Positions 19,259 to 27,880 of a stretch of 35,209 bases of DNA are shown piece by piece; positions within the stretch are counted from its first letter, which is position 1, and each line of letters begins with the position of its first letter. Both the position numbers and the translations under genes were made by a program. The stretch covers positions 1 through 35,209 of the forward strand of contig JBFGJH010000033.1 of the NCBI GenBank assembly GCA_041577335.1. The letters are read 5' to 3'. Below the pieces are notes generated by a model that saw nothing but the letters and a program-made list of their open reading frames with translations, searched no databases and was not told where the DNA came from. Source of the stretch: Acidimicrobiia bacterium (GTDB lineage: Bacteria; Actinomycetota; Acidimicrobiia; Spongiisociales; JAENVV01).

Positions 19259-19861
19259 TCACCGGTGAGTCGAGTCGGTCCCTTTCCGCCCCACGAAGAG
19301 CAGGTCGATCGCCGAGCCGTTCCCGGTTGTTCGGGTCTGCCGCTCGACTCTCAGTGGCTCCACGACCCCTGCGAAATCGCCAACGATGTCAGCCTCGCTG
19401 AACAGCACCGTCGGGTCTTGCGGACCTCCCGAGCCGTGCTCCAGATTGTCGGTGTGGTGGGCAACCACCAAGTACGTGCCGCCTCGAGCGAGTGCTGCGC
19501 CCATCGACCGGTGAACCCGACGCCGCAAGGCCTCCGGCACCTGCAGATAGAACTCGATAATGAGATCGAACGAGGTCGTTGGTTCCCAGGTACTCAAATC
19601 GGCGGCAACGAACTCTGGGCTGACGCCGGCCTGTTGGCTCAGTCGCCCGGCTTTTGCGATGGCGACAGGGCTGAAATCCACCCCGGTGACATCCCATCCT
19701 TGTGACGCCAGCCAGATGGCGTTTCGGCCCTCACCGCAGGCCACGTCGAGTGCTCGCCCAGGGGAGAGGTCCGCTACGAGGGCAGGTAGGAATTGGTTGG
19801 GCTCTGCAGTCCACACGAGGTCTGTCGAGGCGTACCGCTCGTCCCATTCTGAGGCGTCCAT
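19259..19861 (-). CDS. Class I SAM-dependent methyltransferase (TehB-like)
   Basis: WDERY, ALDVACGEGRNAIWLA, VTGVDFS; leaderless (TAGGAT 6 nt upstream). Confidence 0.92.
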   Translation of the reverse strand: MDASEWDERYASTDLVWTAEPNQFLPALVADLSPGRALDVACGEGRNAIWLASQGWDVTGVDFSPVAIAKAGRLSQQAGVSPEFVAADLSTWEPTTSFDLIIEFYLQVPEALRRRVHRSMGAALARGGTYLVVAHHTDNLEHGSGGPQDPTVLFSEADIVGDFAGVVEPLRVERQTRTTGNGSAIDLLFVGRKGTDSTHR

Positions 19862-19939
19862 CGGGAGATCCTATACACCTGGCGTTTACTCGTTGTTAAG
19901 GCCGGCCCGGGATACTGGATTGGACAGAAGGGGACCGGC

Positions 19940-20218
19940 ATGGAATCACGACCGAGAACGAATGCTCTCGATCATCTCTGGGATGACGGCATTCGAGCAC
20001 TGCAGATCTTCACCGAGGCTCATGGGCACCCATACGTACCTCGTGAATACTGCCTTCCAAGCGGGTTCTCCCTAGGGCTATGGGTCGCGGCAGTCGCCGA
20101 TTTCCACAAACGTGGCCACCTCACGCTGGACCAGTCCCGCGACATCGAGGCCGTTCCCGGTTGGACGCTCGTTCATGACCTGAAGGCGCTCGCTCCTGTC
20201 GGAAGTTCAGAGCGTTGA
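19940..20218 (+). CDS. Stand-alone helicase-associated (HA) domain protein
   Basis: WDDGIRAL..F...HGH..VP..Y....GFSLGLWV......KRGHLT.....IEAVPGW matches the HA repeat pattern. Confidence 0.78.
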   Translation: MESRPRTNALDHLWDDGIRALQIFTEAHGHPYVPREYCLPSGFSLGLWVAAVADFHKRGHLTLDQSRDIEAVPGWTLVHDLKALAPVGSSER

Positions 20219-20256
20219 TCGCGGCTCGAAAAGCACCGCTGTCGGCGCGGGGGCCC

Positions 20257-20275
20257 TATAATCGTCACTGTGACG
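20257..20275 (+). promoter_or_regulatory. TATAAT -10 element plus palindrome CGTCACTGTGACG covering the GTG start
   Basis: TATAAT 20257-20262; palindrome 20263-20275; GTG at 20270, 7 nt after the -10, so leaderless. Confidence 0.7.
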
Positions 20276-20623
20276 GAATCTCATTCCAAGCGGTGCAAGT
20301 GGTGTGGAGTCGCGTTTCCGATTCCACCTGGTCCGGGGCGAAAGCCCGAATACTGTCGGCGCTCGCATCGTCAGCGGCACTATGAGGCGCGAACGCTGGC
20401 CGAGCGGCGCGGCCTGGCTGCCAACGAGGCGCTCGTGGAACGATCAGCCGTCCGACGACTCAATGACAGGCTCTATGTGCTGGAAACGGCATGCGAGGAT
20501 GTCATTGCCGACCTGAGGGGGGAGGTTACCGTCGACACGTATCGTGAGGCGCTGACATATCTTCTCGAGGCGGCGCTGCCATTGAAGAACGCCCACATCG
20601 AGCCCAAGGCAGCCGCCGGTTGA
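20270..20623 (+). CDS. Uncharacterised zinc-finger-like protein (CxxC-x16-CxxxH plus coiled coil)
   Basis: RCKWCG...GRKPEYCRRSHRQRHYEAR followed by an amphipathic helix (LNDRLYVLETACEDV). Confidence 0.78.
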   Translation: MTESHSKRCKWCGVAFPIPPGPGRKPEYCRRSHRQRHYEARTLAERRGLAANEALVERSAVRRLNDRLYVLETACEDVIADLRGEVTVDTYREALTYLLEAALPLKNAHIEPKAAAG

Positions 20624-20658
20624 GTGCAGGACCGGCGCCGGGCGTCGGCCACCGAGGG

Positions 20659-20943
20659 TTAGAGCGGGTCTCCCTGATCGGGTTCAGGCGGCTGACGGTG
20701 GTGTTCCTTGCGACTTGCCGGATGGGGCATGCCCAGAAACACGCCTCCTTCGCGGAGTTCCTCGACCATTTGGCTGGCGCGAGCCGCGCGCTCGCCCTCA
20801 CCGTCGGACTCACCAATCCACTCGACGTATTTCGTTCTCTGGTCCTTGGGCCGATCGTTGAATTCGTTTATCACCTTGCCGGCGACCAACGCTTCGAGCA
20901 CATCGGCGGGGATCCACTGTTCGGGCCTCACCATGGCCGCCAT
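20659..20943 (-). CDS. Short YdeI/OmdA-domain protein
   Basis: IPADVLEAL...FNDRP...RTKYVEWI...ERAARASQMVEEL resembles the OmdA helical domain. Confidence 0.7.
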   Translation of the reverse strand: MAAMVRPEQWIPADVLEALVAGKVINEFNDRPKDQRTKYVEWIGESDGEGERAARASQMVEELREGGVFLGMPHPASRKEHHRQPPEPDQGDPL

Positions 20944-20999
20944 CGTACCGGGCGTCGGTCGCTGATTGTCGCTCTTCGCCTGCCGATGGTCCTATATTA

Positions 21000-21012
21000 C
21001 GTCACTGTGACG
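21000..21012. promoter_or_regulatory. Second copy of palindrome CGTCACTGTGACG
   Basis: Identical 13-mer next to TAATAT (minus, 20999-20994), upstream of the OmdA-domain gene. Confidence 0.65.
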
Positions 21013-21014
21013 AA

Positions 21015-21413
21015 TTAGGCGTCGACCGGAGGGGCGAGGGAGTGGGCAACCTTCTCGAGTTTTCGACGCACCTCCCGGCCGAGCTCGGAGATCTCCGGTG
21101 ACTGAGCGAGGTCCATCGCGGCTGCCGGATCCATGAAGTCGACGATGACCTGATCATCATCCTGGCGAACCACGACGTTGCACGGGAGCAAGGCGCCGAT
21201 GGTTGGTTCGGCAATGACTGCCTTGTGAGCCAGCGGCGGGTTGCAAGCACCGAGGATCCGGTAGGCCGGCATGTCCTCGTTGAGCTTGGCCTTCATCGTG
21301 GCTGCCACGTCGATCTCGGTGAGCACACCGAAACCCTCGTCAGCCAGCGCTGATTTGGTCCGCTCAACAGCTTCGTCGTAGGGAAGGCGTAGGGTTACTG
21401 AAAAGAAGTACAT
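21015..21413 (-). CDS. DUF302 family protein
   Basis: GFGVLTEIDV, YRILGACNPPLA, IGALLPCNVVV, MDP; leaderless (TAGGAT). Confidence 0.93.
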   Translation of the reverse strand: MYFFSVTLRLPYDEAVERTKSALADEGFGVLTEIDVAATMKAKLNEDMPAYRILGACNPPLAHKAVIAEPTIGALLPCNVVVRQDDDQVIVDFMDPAAAMDLAQSPEISELGREVRRKLEKVAHSLAPPVDA

Positions 21414-21446
21414 GCGGATATCCTAATATACAAGAGATCGCAGTGC

Positions 21447-21474
21447 TTGTCCCATAATACTCGTTATGTAAAGT
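21447..21474 (+). other. dif: dif-like XerCD recombination site
   Basis: TTGTCCCATAA-TACTCG-TTATGTAAAGT: 11-6-11 layout with CATAA/TTATG inner dyad and a conserved XerD-type arm (E. coli TTATGTTAAAT); intergenic and AT-rich. Confidence 0.88.
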
Positions 21475-21520
21475 CACTTTGTGCGGCACTACGGATCTCG
21501 CGGTCCCTCAACTCCGATGA

Positions 21521-22873
21521 TCAGGGACTGGAGGACTGGAGATAGTCGATCGCAGCCCGAAGGATCGGGTCGGTGCCCGCCAGCAAGTCGCTGCGCTGGA
21601 CCGCAACGGGGAGGTCGGGGATCACGCCGCTGCCTTCGACAATGAACCCGTCGGCCATGATCGGCTGTGAGGCCGGGTAGATCATCACGGCCCCGATCGG
21701 GAGCTGAGCAATCTCGCCCCCGAGCAGTCGGCCCGATGTGCGTTCTCCTGCGATGACCGCCCGGCCCATTGCTTGGAGCCCGGCCGCGAATGCCTCAGCC
21801 GCGGAGCCGCTGACGACGTCGACCAGAACCACGACCGGGCCCTCATAGGAGGTGGCGGAGGGGTTGGTGTACGTGTTTCCGGTGCCATCCTTGGTCCTCC
21901 AGGTCCAGATCAACGCCCGTTCGCTCACCAGGCTGTCGATGATCTGTTTGCCAACCGTGGAATCGCCTCCGTGGTTGCCGCGAACGTCGAGGATCAGGCC
22001 GGGGGCGTCACCAATGGCTTCGATGGTTTGCAGGATCGGCGTGACCAGGCTGGGGGCGAAGGGGTCGAAGCCGATGTACTCGACACCTCCGTCGAGGCGC
22101 ATCATCTTCAGAGTGGTAAACACGGGTGGGAAGCCGGGAATGAGCTCTGCGCTGGGCCCCCGGTGCTGGAAGGTCAGCGTCGTCTGCCGGGTTTCGTCGG
22201 CGGCGTCACGGTAGCCGAGCGTGATGTCCGCACCGGGCTCTCCGTATAGGAACTCCTCAACCGCGAGGATCTGGCCACTGCGTACGCCTTGCTCGTGTAA
22301 TGGAGGCAAGGGGTAGGCGGAGGCAGCGATGTCGGTGACCGCCTGCCCGTCGATGCTGTCCAGCAGATAGCCAGGTTGCAGGCCGGCGTGCGCGGCGGGA
22401 GTGTCGGGATGAACGGCGCTGATCACCCATTCGCCGTCGAGACGGCGCACCTGGATGCCGAGTTCTCCTTCGGTGGTGAGTGTCGGATCGATGAAGTCGA
22501 CATCGGGCGGGACCACAAACAGATGCGAGACCCCCAGCTCGAAGAGCATCTCGTTCAACAAGTTGACGAACGCCTCGTCGCTGTCCACGGCGCCCACCTT
22601 GGGCAGATAACGCTCGTGGGCCGACCCCCAATCGACGCCGCCGAAGGTCGGATCGTAGAACTCCTGGTTGACCGTCGCCCAGACAAACTCGAAGTTCTCG
22701 CGATATTCCTCGGTGTCCAGGGCCGTTGCAGCAGCCGCCGGCTCCTCTATGACGATTGTCGTGGCTCGCGGTTCTGAGGTTTGGGTCGGCGCGCTTGCTG
22801 TGCCCTGCCCCGCCTCACCAGCACAACCGGAAACCACCAACGCAGCAACGAGCGCTGCGGCGAACCGTTTCAT
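21521..22873 (-). CDS. S41 family peptidase lipoprotein with PDZ domain
   Basis: Lipobox VVSGC; SHL; PDZ (TPAAHAGLQPG); LILDVRGNHGG; SGSAAEAFA; GERTSG; VEGSGVIPD; SD GGAGG before ATG 22873. Confidence 0.9.
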   Translation of the reverse strand: MKRFAAALVAALVVSGCAGEAGQGTASAPTQTSEPRATTIVIEEPAAAATALDTEEYRENFEFVWATVNQEFYDPTFGGVDWGSAHERYLPKVGAVDSDEAFVNLLNEMLFELGVSHLFVVPPDVDFIDPTLTTEGELGIQVRRLDGEWVISAVHPDTPAAHAGLQPGYLLDSIDGQAVTDIAASAYPLPPLHEQGVRSGQILAVEEFLYGEPGADITLGYRDAADETRQTTLTFQHRGPSAELIPGFPPVFTTLKMMRLDGGVEYIGFDPFAPSLVTPILQTIEAIGDAPGLILDVRGNHGGDSTVGKQIIDSLVSERALIWTWRTKDGTGNTYTNPSATSYEGPVVVLVDVVSGSAAEAFAAGLQAMGRAVIAGERTSGRLLGGEIAQLPIGAVMIYPASQPIMADGFIVEGSGVIPDLPVAVQRSDLLAGTDPILRAAIDYLQSSSP

Positions 22874-23368
22874 CGCCAAACCTCCCCGTGACCATCGTGC
22901 CCACCACCGTGGCTCGGCGCCAGGGCCCAACGGCCTCACTCAGGGAGCCTGGGTCCCGCGACCTCCCATGGGCGGGCTTGATCAACGAGCTCTCACCAGC
23001 AACTGGTGCAGGACCAACACGTGGAGAGCAAAGAACCAGCCTTTCGGGTGCCGCTCCTCCCCCGTGGTCGTGTCGTAGGCCAGCGCCCCGTTTCCGTGCG
23101 CTGTGAGATACTCCCCCAAGAGCGGCCGCCGAAGTTGCTCAAACAGCACTCGGACGATCAACAGCGGTCCACCCGCCCAGCAGGACCCGGCGCGCCGCGT
23201 GATCCACGAGCTCTGGAGAGTCCGGGATCCGGTAATCCCTGCACTCCCCCACCGCTTGGGAGAGACCACTCCCCTTCGTGGTTCGCCCCGGCATCGGTCC
23301 CTCGTAACAGGGCTAGATAGCCCCTGGCAGACGGTAACGGGTGGGAGATACTTTGGGCTGGGAGATGT

Positions 23369-23581
23369 ATGGGTCGCAGCGGGCTGATCAATTCCGGAGG
23401 AGCCGCTACGGGAGCCGGTGACCTGGCTCAGGCGGTGCGCACGGCAGTGATCAACAAGCGGGCCGGCGGCATGGGTCTCATCAGCGGAAGAAAGGCCTTC
23501 CAGCGCCCGATGGCGGACGGAATCGAGCTTCTGGGGGCCATCCAGGACGTGTTCCTGTCCAACGAGGTAACGGTCGCCTGA
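23369..23581 (+). pseudogene. fbaB: 3' remnant (70 codons) of class I fructose-bisphosphate aldolase
   Basis: [11 protein letters not shown]...[30 protein letters not shown]...IQDVFL...VTVA is the FbaB C-terminus. The frame closes at TAG 23318-23320 and the upstream codons show no similarity. Confidence 0.85.
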
Positions 23582-23615
23582 AACTCAACCTGCGGCGTCG
23601 CGGTACCTCGGCCGC

Positions 23616-26051
23616 CTATTCCATGATTCGGAGCGTCGACGGGATGTCGGTCCGAGAGAGTTTTCGCCACGTGAGCAGCGGTGCCATCGTCACCGCGGCG
23701 ATCCCGAGCAACACGGCAAGTCCAATGAGCGTCGGCGTGTAGCTGATCGTCATCTCGATATCGGGGACGGTCTGCTCGATGTTGGAAGCCATGGCAGTAT
23801 TCACGAACACATACCCGCCTGCCAAGCCCAGCAGGGTGGCCAGTACCCCAATCGTGCCGCTCTCGATGACCGCCATCCGCACGATGGTCCTGCGTTTCAC
23901 TCCGTAGGCCATCATGGTGGCGTGCTCGCGGGCCCGCTCATCGAACGCAACACTTGCCGAGTTGAAGGCGATCAGCAGAATCAGGAGCACGGCAACTGCT
24001 TCGGCTACCTGCAAGATCTCCGTGAATTGGCCCATGAAGTCCCGCAACAGATCTGCCACGCCGCCGGCTCCCTGCACAGATGCAACCACTGGCTCTGAGA
24101 AGAGCTGCCGTTGAAGCTCGGAGAGCGTCACTCCCGGGGCCGGGTTGACGCTGACACTGTTGGTGACACCGGTCAGGCCGAGCAGACCGGCTTGACCAGA
24201 ATCGAGATAGGCAACGAAGCGGAACGGGTGTGGATGGAGCCCCTCCACCTCCAAACTGGACTCGACCAACGTGAATGATGTCAAACCTTCCCGTTGCGGA
24301 TGGCGAAGCATCACCGTATCTCCCACTTCGACGCCCAGGTCGGCGGCCGCTTTGCGGGAAAGCACGATCCCTTCCCCGCCGGCCTGGCCCTCCACGACAG
24401 TTGGATGCCACAGATCGCTGCGGAGGTCCATCACCTCCAATAGGAGCTCCAGTTCGCTCCCGTCCGGCCCGATCGCTGACGCCGGCAACTTGAGAACGGG
24501 ATCGGCGTCGAGGATCAGGGGCGACGCCAAGACCGCCTGCACCCCGGGCTCAGCCTGAGCATGGAACGTGTCTAGGCCTACCACGATCCGGTCCGGCGCA
24601 CCGCTCGTCACCTCGTCCGCTCCAAGGTCGATGGTGGCGGTGAATGAGTCGATCATCACGATCATCCCGACCAGCACGGTGACCGATGCTCCGATTCCCA
24701 GCGCGGTGAGCACTGTTCGACGCGGGGCGCGCAGGACATTGCGAAACGGGATCTTGGCCAGTGAGCCACCTGGCAGGCGGCGCAGCCATCGAGCGGCCCC
24801 GGCGCCGCGTACAGCTAGATGTCCCGTGCGGATCGCTTCGATGGGGGGCACACGCAGCGCGCGCCATACCGGAATGAAGACCGCGATGAGCGTGGACACC
24901 AAGCCGAGGGCGGCGGCGGCTGCAAACGGGCCAGCTCGGAAGGGTGTGAGCCATACCGGAAGAGGAAAGAAGTCGGCCATGACCGACTTCATGACCGCGT
25001 TGATCACGAACCCGACCCCAATACCGAAGATGACACCCAACACGGCGACCTGGACGCCGAAGAGAAGGGGTCTCAGAGCGACCGATCGTCGGGGCGAACC
25101 CAACGCCATGCCAATTCCGATCTCACGTCGGGTTGCTTCCACCATACGGTTGGTGAGGTTGAAGGCGGCCACCACCGCGCCGACGAGGATCAGGACGGCA
25201 AAAAGGCGGAAGAACTGCTGATCCCCCTCGAGATCGTCGTAGAGAAGCCGGAGGGTCTCATTCTCGGAGCCCAGTGTCACCGTGGCACCGAGCTCAGGGA
25301 CCTGCCCGTCGAGGAATGTCTGAACTTCGGCGCGGGCGTCGGCAGGTTCGACGCCTGGGGCAGTCAAGGCAAGCAGATCGTTGACCTTCCCTTCGAAGCC
25401 GCTCAGCGTTTGGGCGGTAGCCAGGGAGGTGACCACGAGGGCGTAGTCGGCTTGGGAGAAGAACCCGCCTTCGGGTGGTTGTACCACGAAAAACTCGGGA
25501 GTGAGCGCTTGACCGACGTAGTCAACGGTCTCGCCACCAGCCAGGTCGATTGTCCCCGAGGAAGGCAGGTCGTAGAAACGTGCGAAATTGTGTTCGAGAA
25601 TCACTCTTTGCTGTCCGACGTCTCGACCGTCGAGGGGTCGGCCTTCCTTCACGGCGTAGCCGTTCACGAAAGGCCGACCGTCGGCAACCGGGATTCCCAT
25701 GAGCAAGCCCCGCACGATGATGTCACCTTCGGTGGGGGTAGGAACGTCCAGCTGCGTGGGGACGAGCAGCCGCTCCTCGACAACAGACAGGCGAGAGGCG
25801 ACCTCGGAGTCCTCCAGCAGGTCAGACAATTGCCCCTCGGAGGCAAAGCTTCCGGCAGCGAGCGTCACCTTGACGTCGTACATGTTCAACTGAGCGAAGT
25901 TCTCGTCGTAGGACATGCGCGCCCAGTCGATATTCGACATGAGCCCGGCGTACATGCCCGTACCCAGCGCGACGACCAGGGCGATAACGATCACTTGGAC
26001 CCACCGGGCCCTCAGGTCCCGCCAAGACCATTTCAACAGCAGCCAACTCAT
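23616..26051 (-). CDS. ABC transporter permease, double FtsX/MacB-type
   Basis: Two TM-periplasmic-FtsX modules (RREIGIGMALG; RAREHATMMAYG). Confidence 0.92.
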   Translation of the reverse strand: MSWLLLKWSWRDLRARWVQVIVIALVVALGTGMYAGLMSNIDWARMSYDENFAQLNMYDVKVTLAAGSFASEGQLSDLLEDSEVASRLSVVEERLLVPTQLDVPTPTEGDIIVRGLLMGIPVADGRPFVNGYAVKEGRPLDGRDVGQQRVILEHNFARFYDLPSSGTIDLAGGETVDYVGQALTPEFFVVQPPEGGFFSQADYALVVTSLATAQTLSGFEGKVNDLLALTAPGVEPADARAEVQTFLDGQVPELGATVTLGSENETLRLLYDDLEGDQQFFRLFAVLILVGAVVAAFNLTNRMVEATRREIGIGMALGSPRRSVALRPLLFGVQVAVLGVIFGIGVGFVINAVMKSVMADFFPLPVWLTPFRAGPFAAAAALGLVSTLIAVFIPVWRALRVPPIEAIRTGHLAVRGAGAARWLRRLPGGSLAKIPFRNVLRAPRRTVLTALGIGASVTVLVGMIVMIDSFTATIDLGADEVTSGAPDRIVVGLDTFHAQAEPGVQAVLASPLILDADPVLKLPASAIGPDGSELELLLEVMDLRSDLWHPTVVEGQAGGEGIVLSRKAAADLGVEVGDTVMLRHPQREGLTSFTLVESSLEVEGLHPHPFRFVAYLDSGQAGLLGLTGVTNSVSVNPAPGVTLSELQRQLFSEPVVASVQGAGGVADLLRDFMGQFTEILQVAEAVAVLLILLIAFNSASVAFDERAREHATMMAYGVKRRTIVRMAVIESGTIGVLATLLGLAGGYVFVNTAMASNIEQTVPDIEMTISYTPTLIGLAVLLGIAAVTMAPLLTWRKLSRTDIPSTLRIME

Positions 26052-26057
26052 CTCGTA

Positions 26058-26768
26058 CTACCAGTGGAGGTCGGCAAGCTGAGCGCGGCCTCGTTGCGGA
26101 GGGCCGTCGGAGACGATGCGGCCGGATGACAGTTCGACCACCCGATCGGCAATCCGCGAGATCTCCCTGTTATGGGTCACCACGAGCACGCATCGCCCCT
26201 CGTCGGCTTGGCTACGCAGTAGTTCGAGAATCTGGACACCGGTTTCGAAGTCGAGTTCGCCGGTCGGCTCATCGGCCAAGAGCACCGGATTGCCGGTTGC
26301 CAACGCGCGGGCAACGGCCACGCGTTGTTGTTCGCCGCCGGATAGCTCGTGCGGAAAATGGTCGGCCCTTTCACCCAAGGCAACCGCGTCGAGCACTCCT
26401 TCAACGGACAGCCCCCTTTCTCCACCAGCGATGTCGATGCCGAACTCGACGTTTTCGGCGGCGGTGAGGCCGGGAAAAATGTTGAAACTCTGAAAGATGA
26501 AGCTGACCGTCCGCCGTCGAAATTCGAAAAGCTCAGCGTCTGACGCTTTCGTGATATCGACCTCCCCCACCATGATCGTTCCGCTCGTTGGGCTGTCGAG
26601 GGCGCCGACCATGTTGAGGAGCGTCGTCTTACCGCTTCCCGATGGCCCGAGCACAACCACGAACTCCCCGCTGTCGATGTCGAGGTCGACGTCTTGGAGC
26701 GCCACGACGGTCGTGGAACCGACTCTGTAGTGGCGAGAAACGCCGACCAGGTCAATGAGGTGTCGCAC
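26058..26768 (-). CDS. ABC transporter ATP-binding protein (LolD/MacB-like)
   Basis: GPSGSGKTT, LSGGEQQRVAVARA, LADEPTGELD, VVTHN; probable GTG start at 26768. Confidence 0.93.
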   Translation of the reverse strand: MRHLIDLVGVSRHYRVGSTTVVALQDVDLDIDSGEFVVVLGPSGSGKTTLLNMVGALDSPTSGTIMVGEVDITKASDAELFEFRRRTVSFIFQSFNIFPGLTAAENVEFGIDIAGGERGLSVEGVLDAVALGERADHFPHELSGGEQQRVAVARALATGNPVLLADEPTGELDFETGVQILELLRSQADEGRCVLVVTHNREISRIADRVVELSSGRIVSDGPPQRGRAQLADLHW

Positions 26769-27048
26769 CAGTCCAGTATCTGGTGTTCCGACAGGGTGTG
26801 GAAGAGGCCGAAGCCCTTGCCGCAAGGGACGGGGGGAGGAATTCCCCACCGGCATCGAACATCTCGCCGAGCACCGTGGCTGGGTCAATCCCGATGTGAA
26901 CCGCCTTGGGCATGGCGCCGGAACCCACACCAACGTGCTTTGTGATACGACGGTGTGGGCCCTCGGCATTTCGCATTGGGACCTTCGACTCCTGGGAAAC
27001 ATGGCTCCGCTGCGGCAGCATGTTCGAAAGGACCTCGAGGAGGACACC

Positions 27049-27753
27049 ATGGCGACCGGAGTGGGTCTGGACGACAAGCGTCGTGGACGAACAGGTCACT
27101 CCCCCGGCGTAGGCTTTCTGGCAGCGCTGGAGGGAGCCGCCCTCATTGTGTGGAACCTGGTGGCCACGCCGTTCATCGCGCGGAGCCGGCTGCGGTGGGG
27201 CTTGGTGGGGACCGAGGAGGGTGATGCACTGCCGGGCGATGAGCTCGTGCCCGAAGCCAAATGGTCGTACACCCTCGGAATCGCCGTCGAGGCCGCCCCG
27301 GAGGAGGTGTGGCCGTGGATCGCCCAAATCGGACAGGGCCGCGGCGGCTTCTACACCTATCAGACGCTGGAGAACATGGTCGGCTGCCAGATCGCCAATA
27401 CAACCGAGATACTCCCCGAACACCAGCATCCGGAGGTCGGCGACGACATCTACCTGCATCCGAGCGCGCCCCCGATGCGAATAGAGATCGTGGAACCTCC
27501 CAACGCTCTCGTGCTTCTCGGTTCACCCGCCGATATCGGAGGAGAGGACAGTTGGGGAATATCGACCTGGCAGTTCGCCGTCAACGCCGGCTCCGATGGC
27601 GGCAGCCGGTTTCTCACCAGGGGCCGCTACGACTACACGCCGGATTGGAAGAGCCGCCTTGCGTTTGGACGCTTCCCTCTCGAAGTGATCTCGTTCGTCA
27701 TGAGCCGCAAGATGATGCTCGAGATCAAGAGGCTGGCGGAGCGTCACGCCTAG
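27049..27753 (+). CDS. SRPBCC-like protein
   Basis: [62 protein letters not shown] before ATG 27049. Confidence 0.8.
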   Translation: MATGVGLDDKRRGRTGHSPGVGFLAALEGAALIVWNLVATPFIARSRLRWGLVGTEEGDALPGDELVPEAKWSYTLGIAVEAAPEEVWPWIAQIGQGRGGFYTYQTLENMVGCQIANTTEILPEHQHPEVGDDIYLHPSAPPMRIEIVEPPNALVLLGSPADIGGEDSWGISTWQFAVNAGSDGGSRFLTRGRYDYTPDWKSRLAFGRFPLEVISFVMSRKMMLEIKRLAERHA

Positions 27754-27880
27754 CCAACACCGATCTGGCTCCGACGAGCCAAAGGTCCCCACCGATGTGT
27801 CGACGACCGCCTCCACAACCGACGTATCCCGGACAAAAGGAGAGACCTCTTCGGTCGGTGTCTTGTCGTTCTCAATTCCA

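Noticed and set aside
22960..23330. Short ORFs on both strands between the S41 gene and the fbaB remnant
   Set aside because: No recognisable family, no good start signals and no consistent frame. Possibly degraded coding DNA, but it cannot be called.
26755..27048. N-terminal extensions of the ABC ATPase and SRPBCC ORFs
   Set aside because: Homology-like sequence begins at 26768 (minus) and 27049 (plus, strong SD). The extensions are read-through of intergenic DNA.
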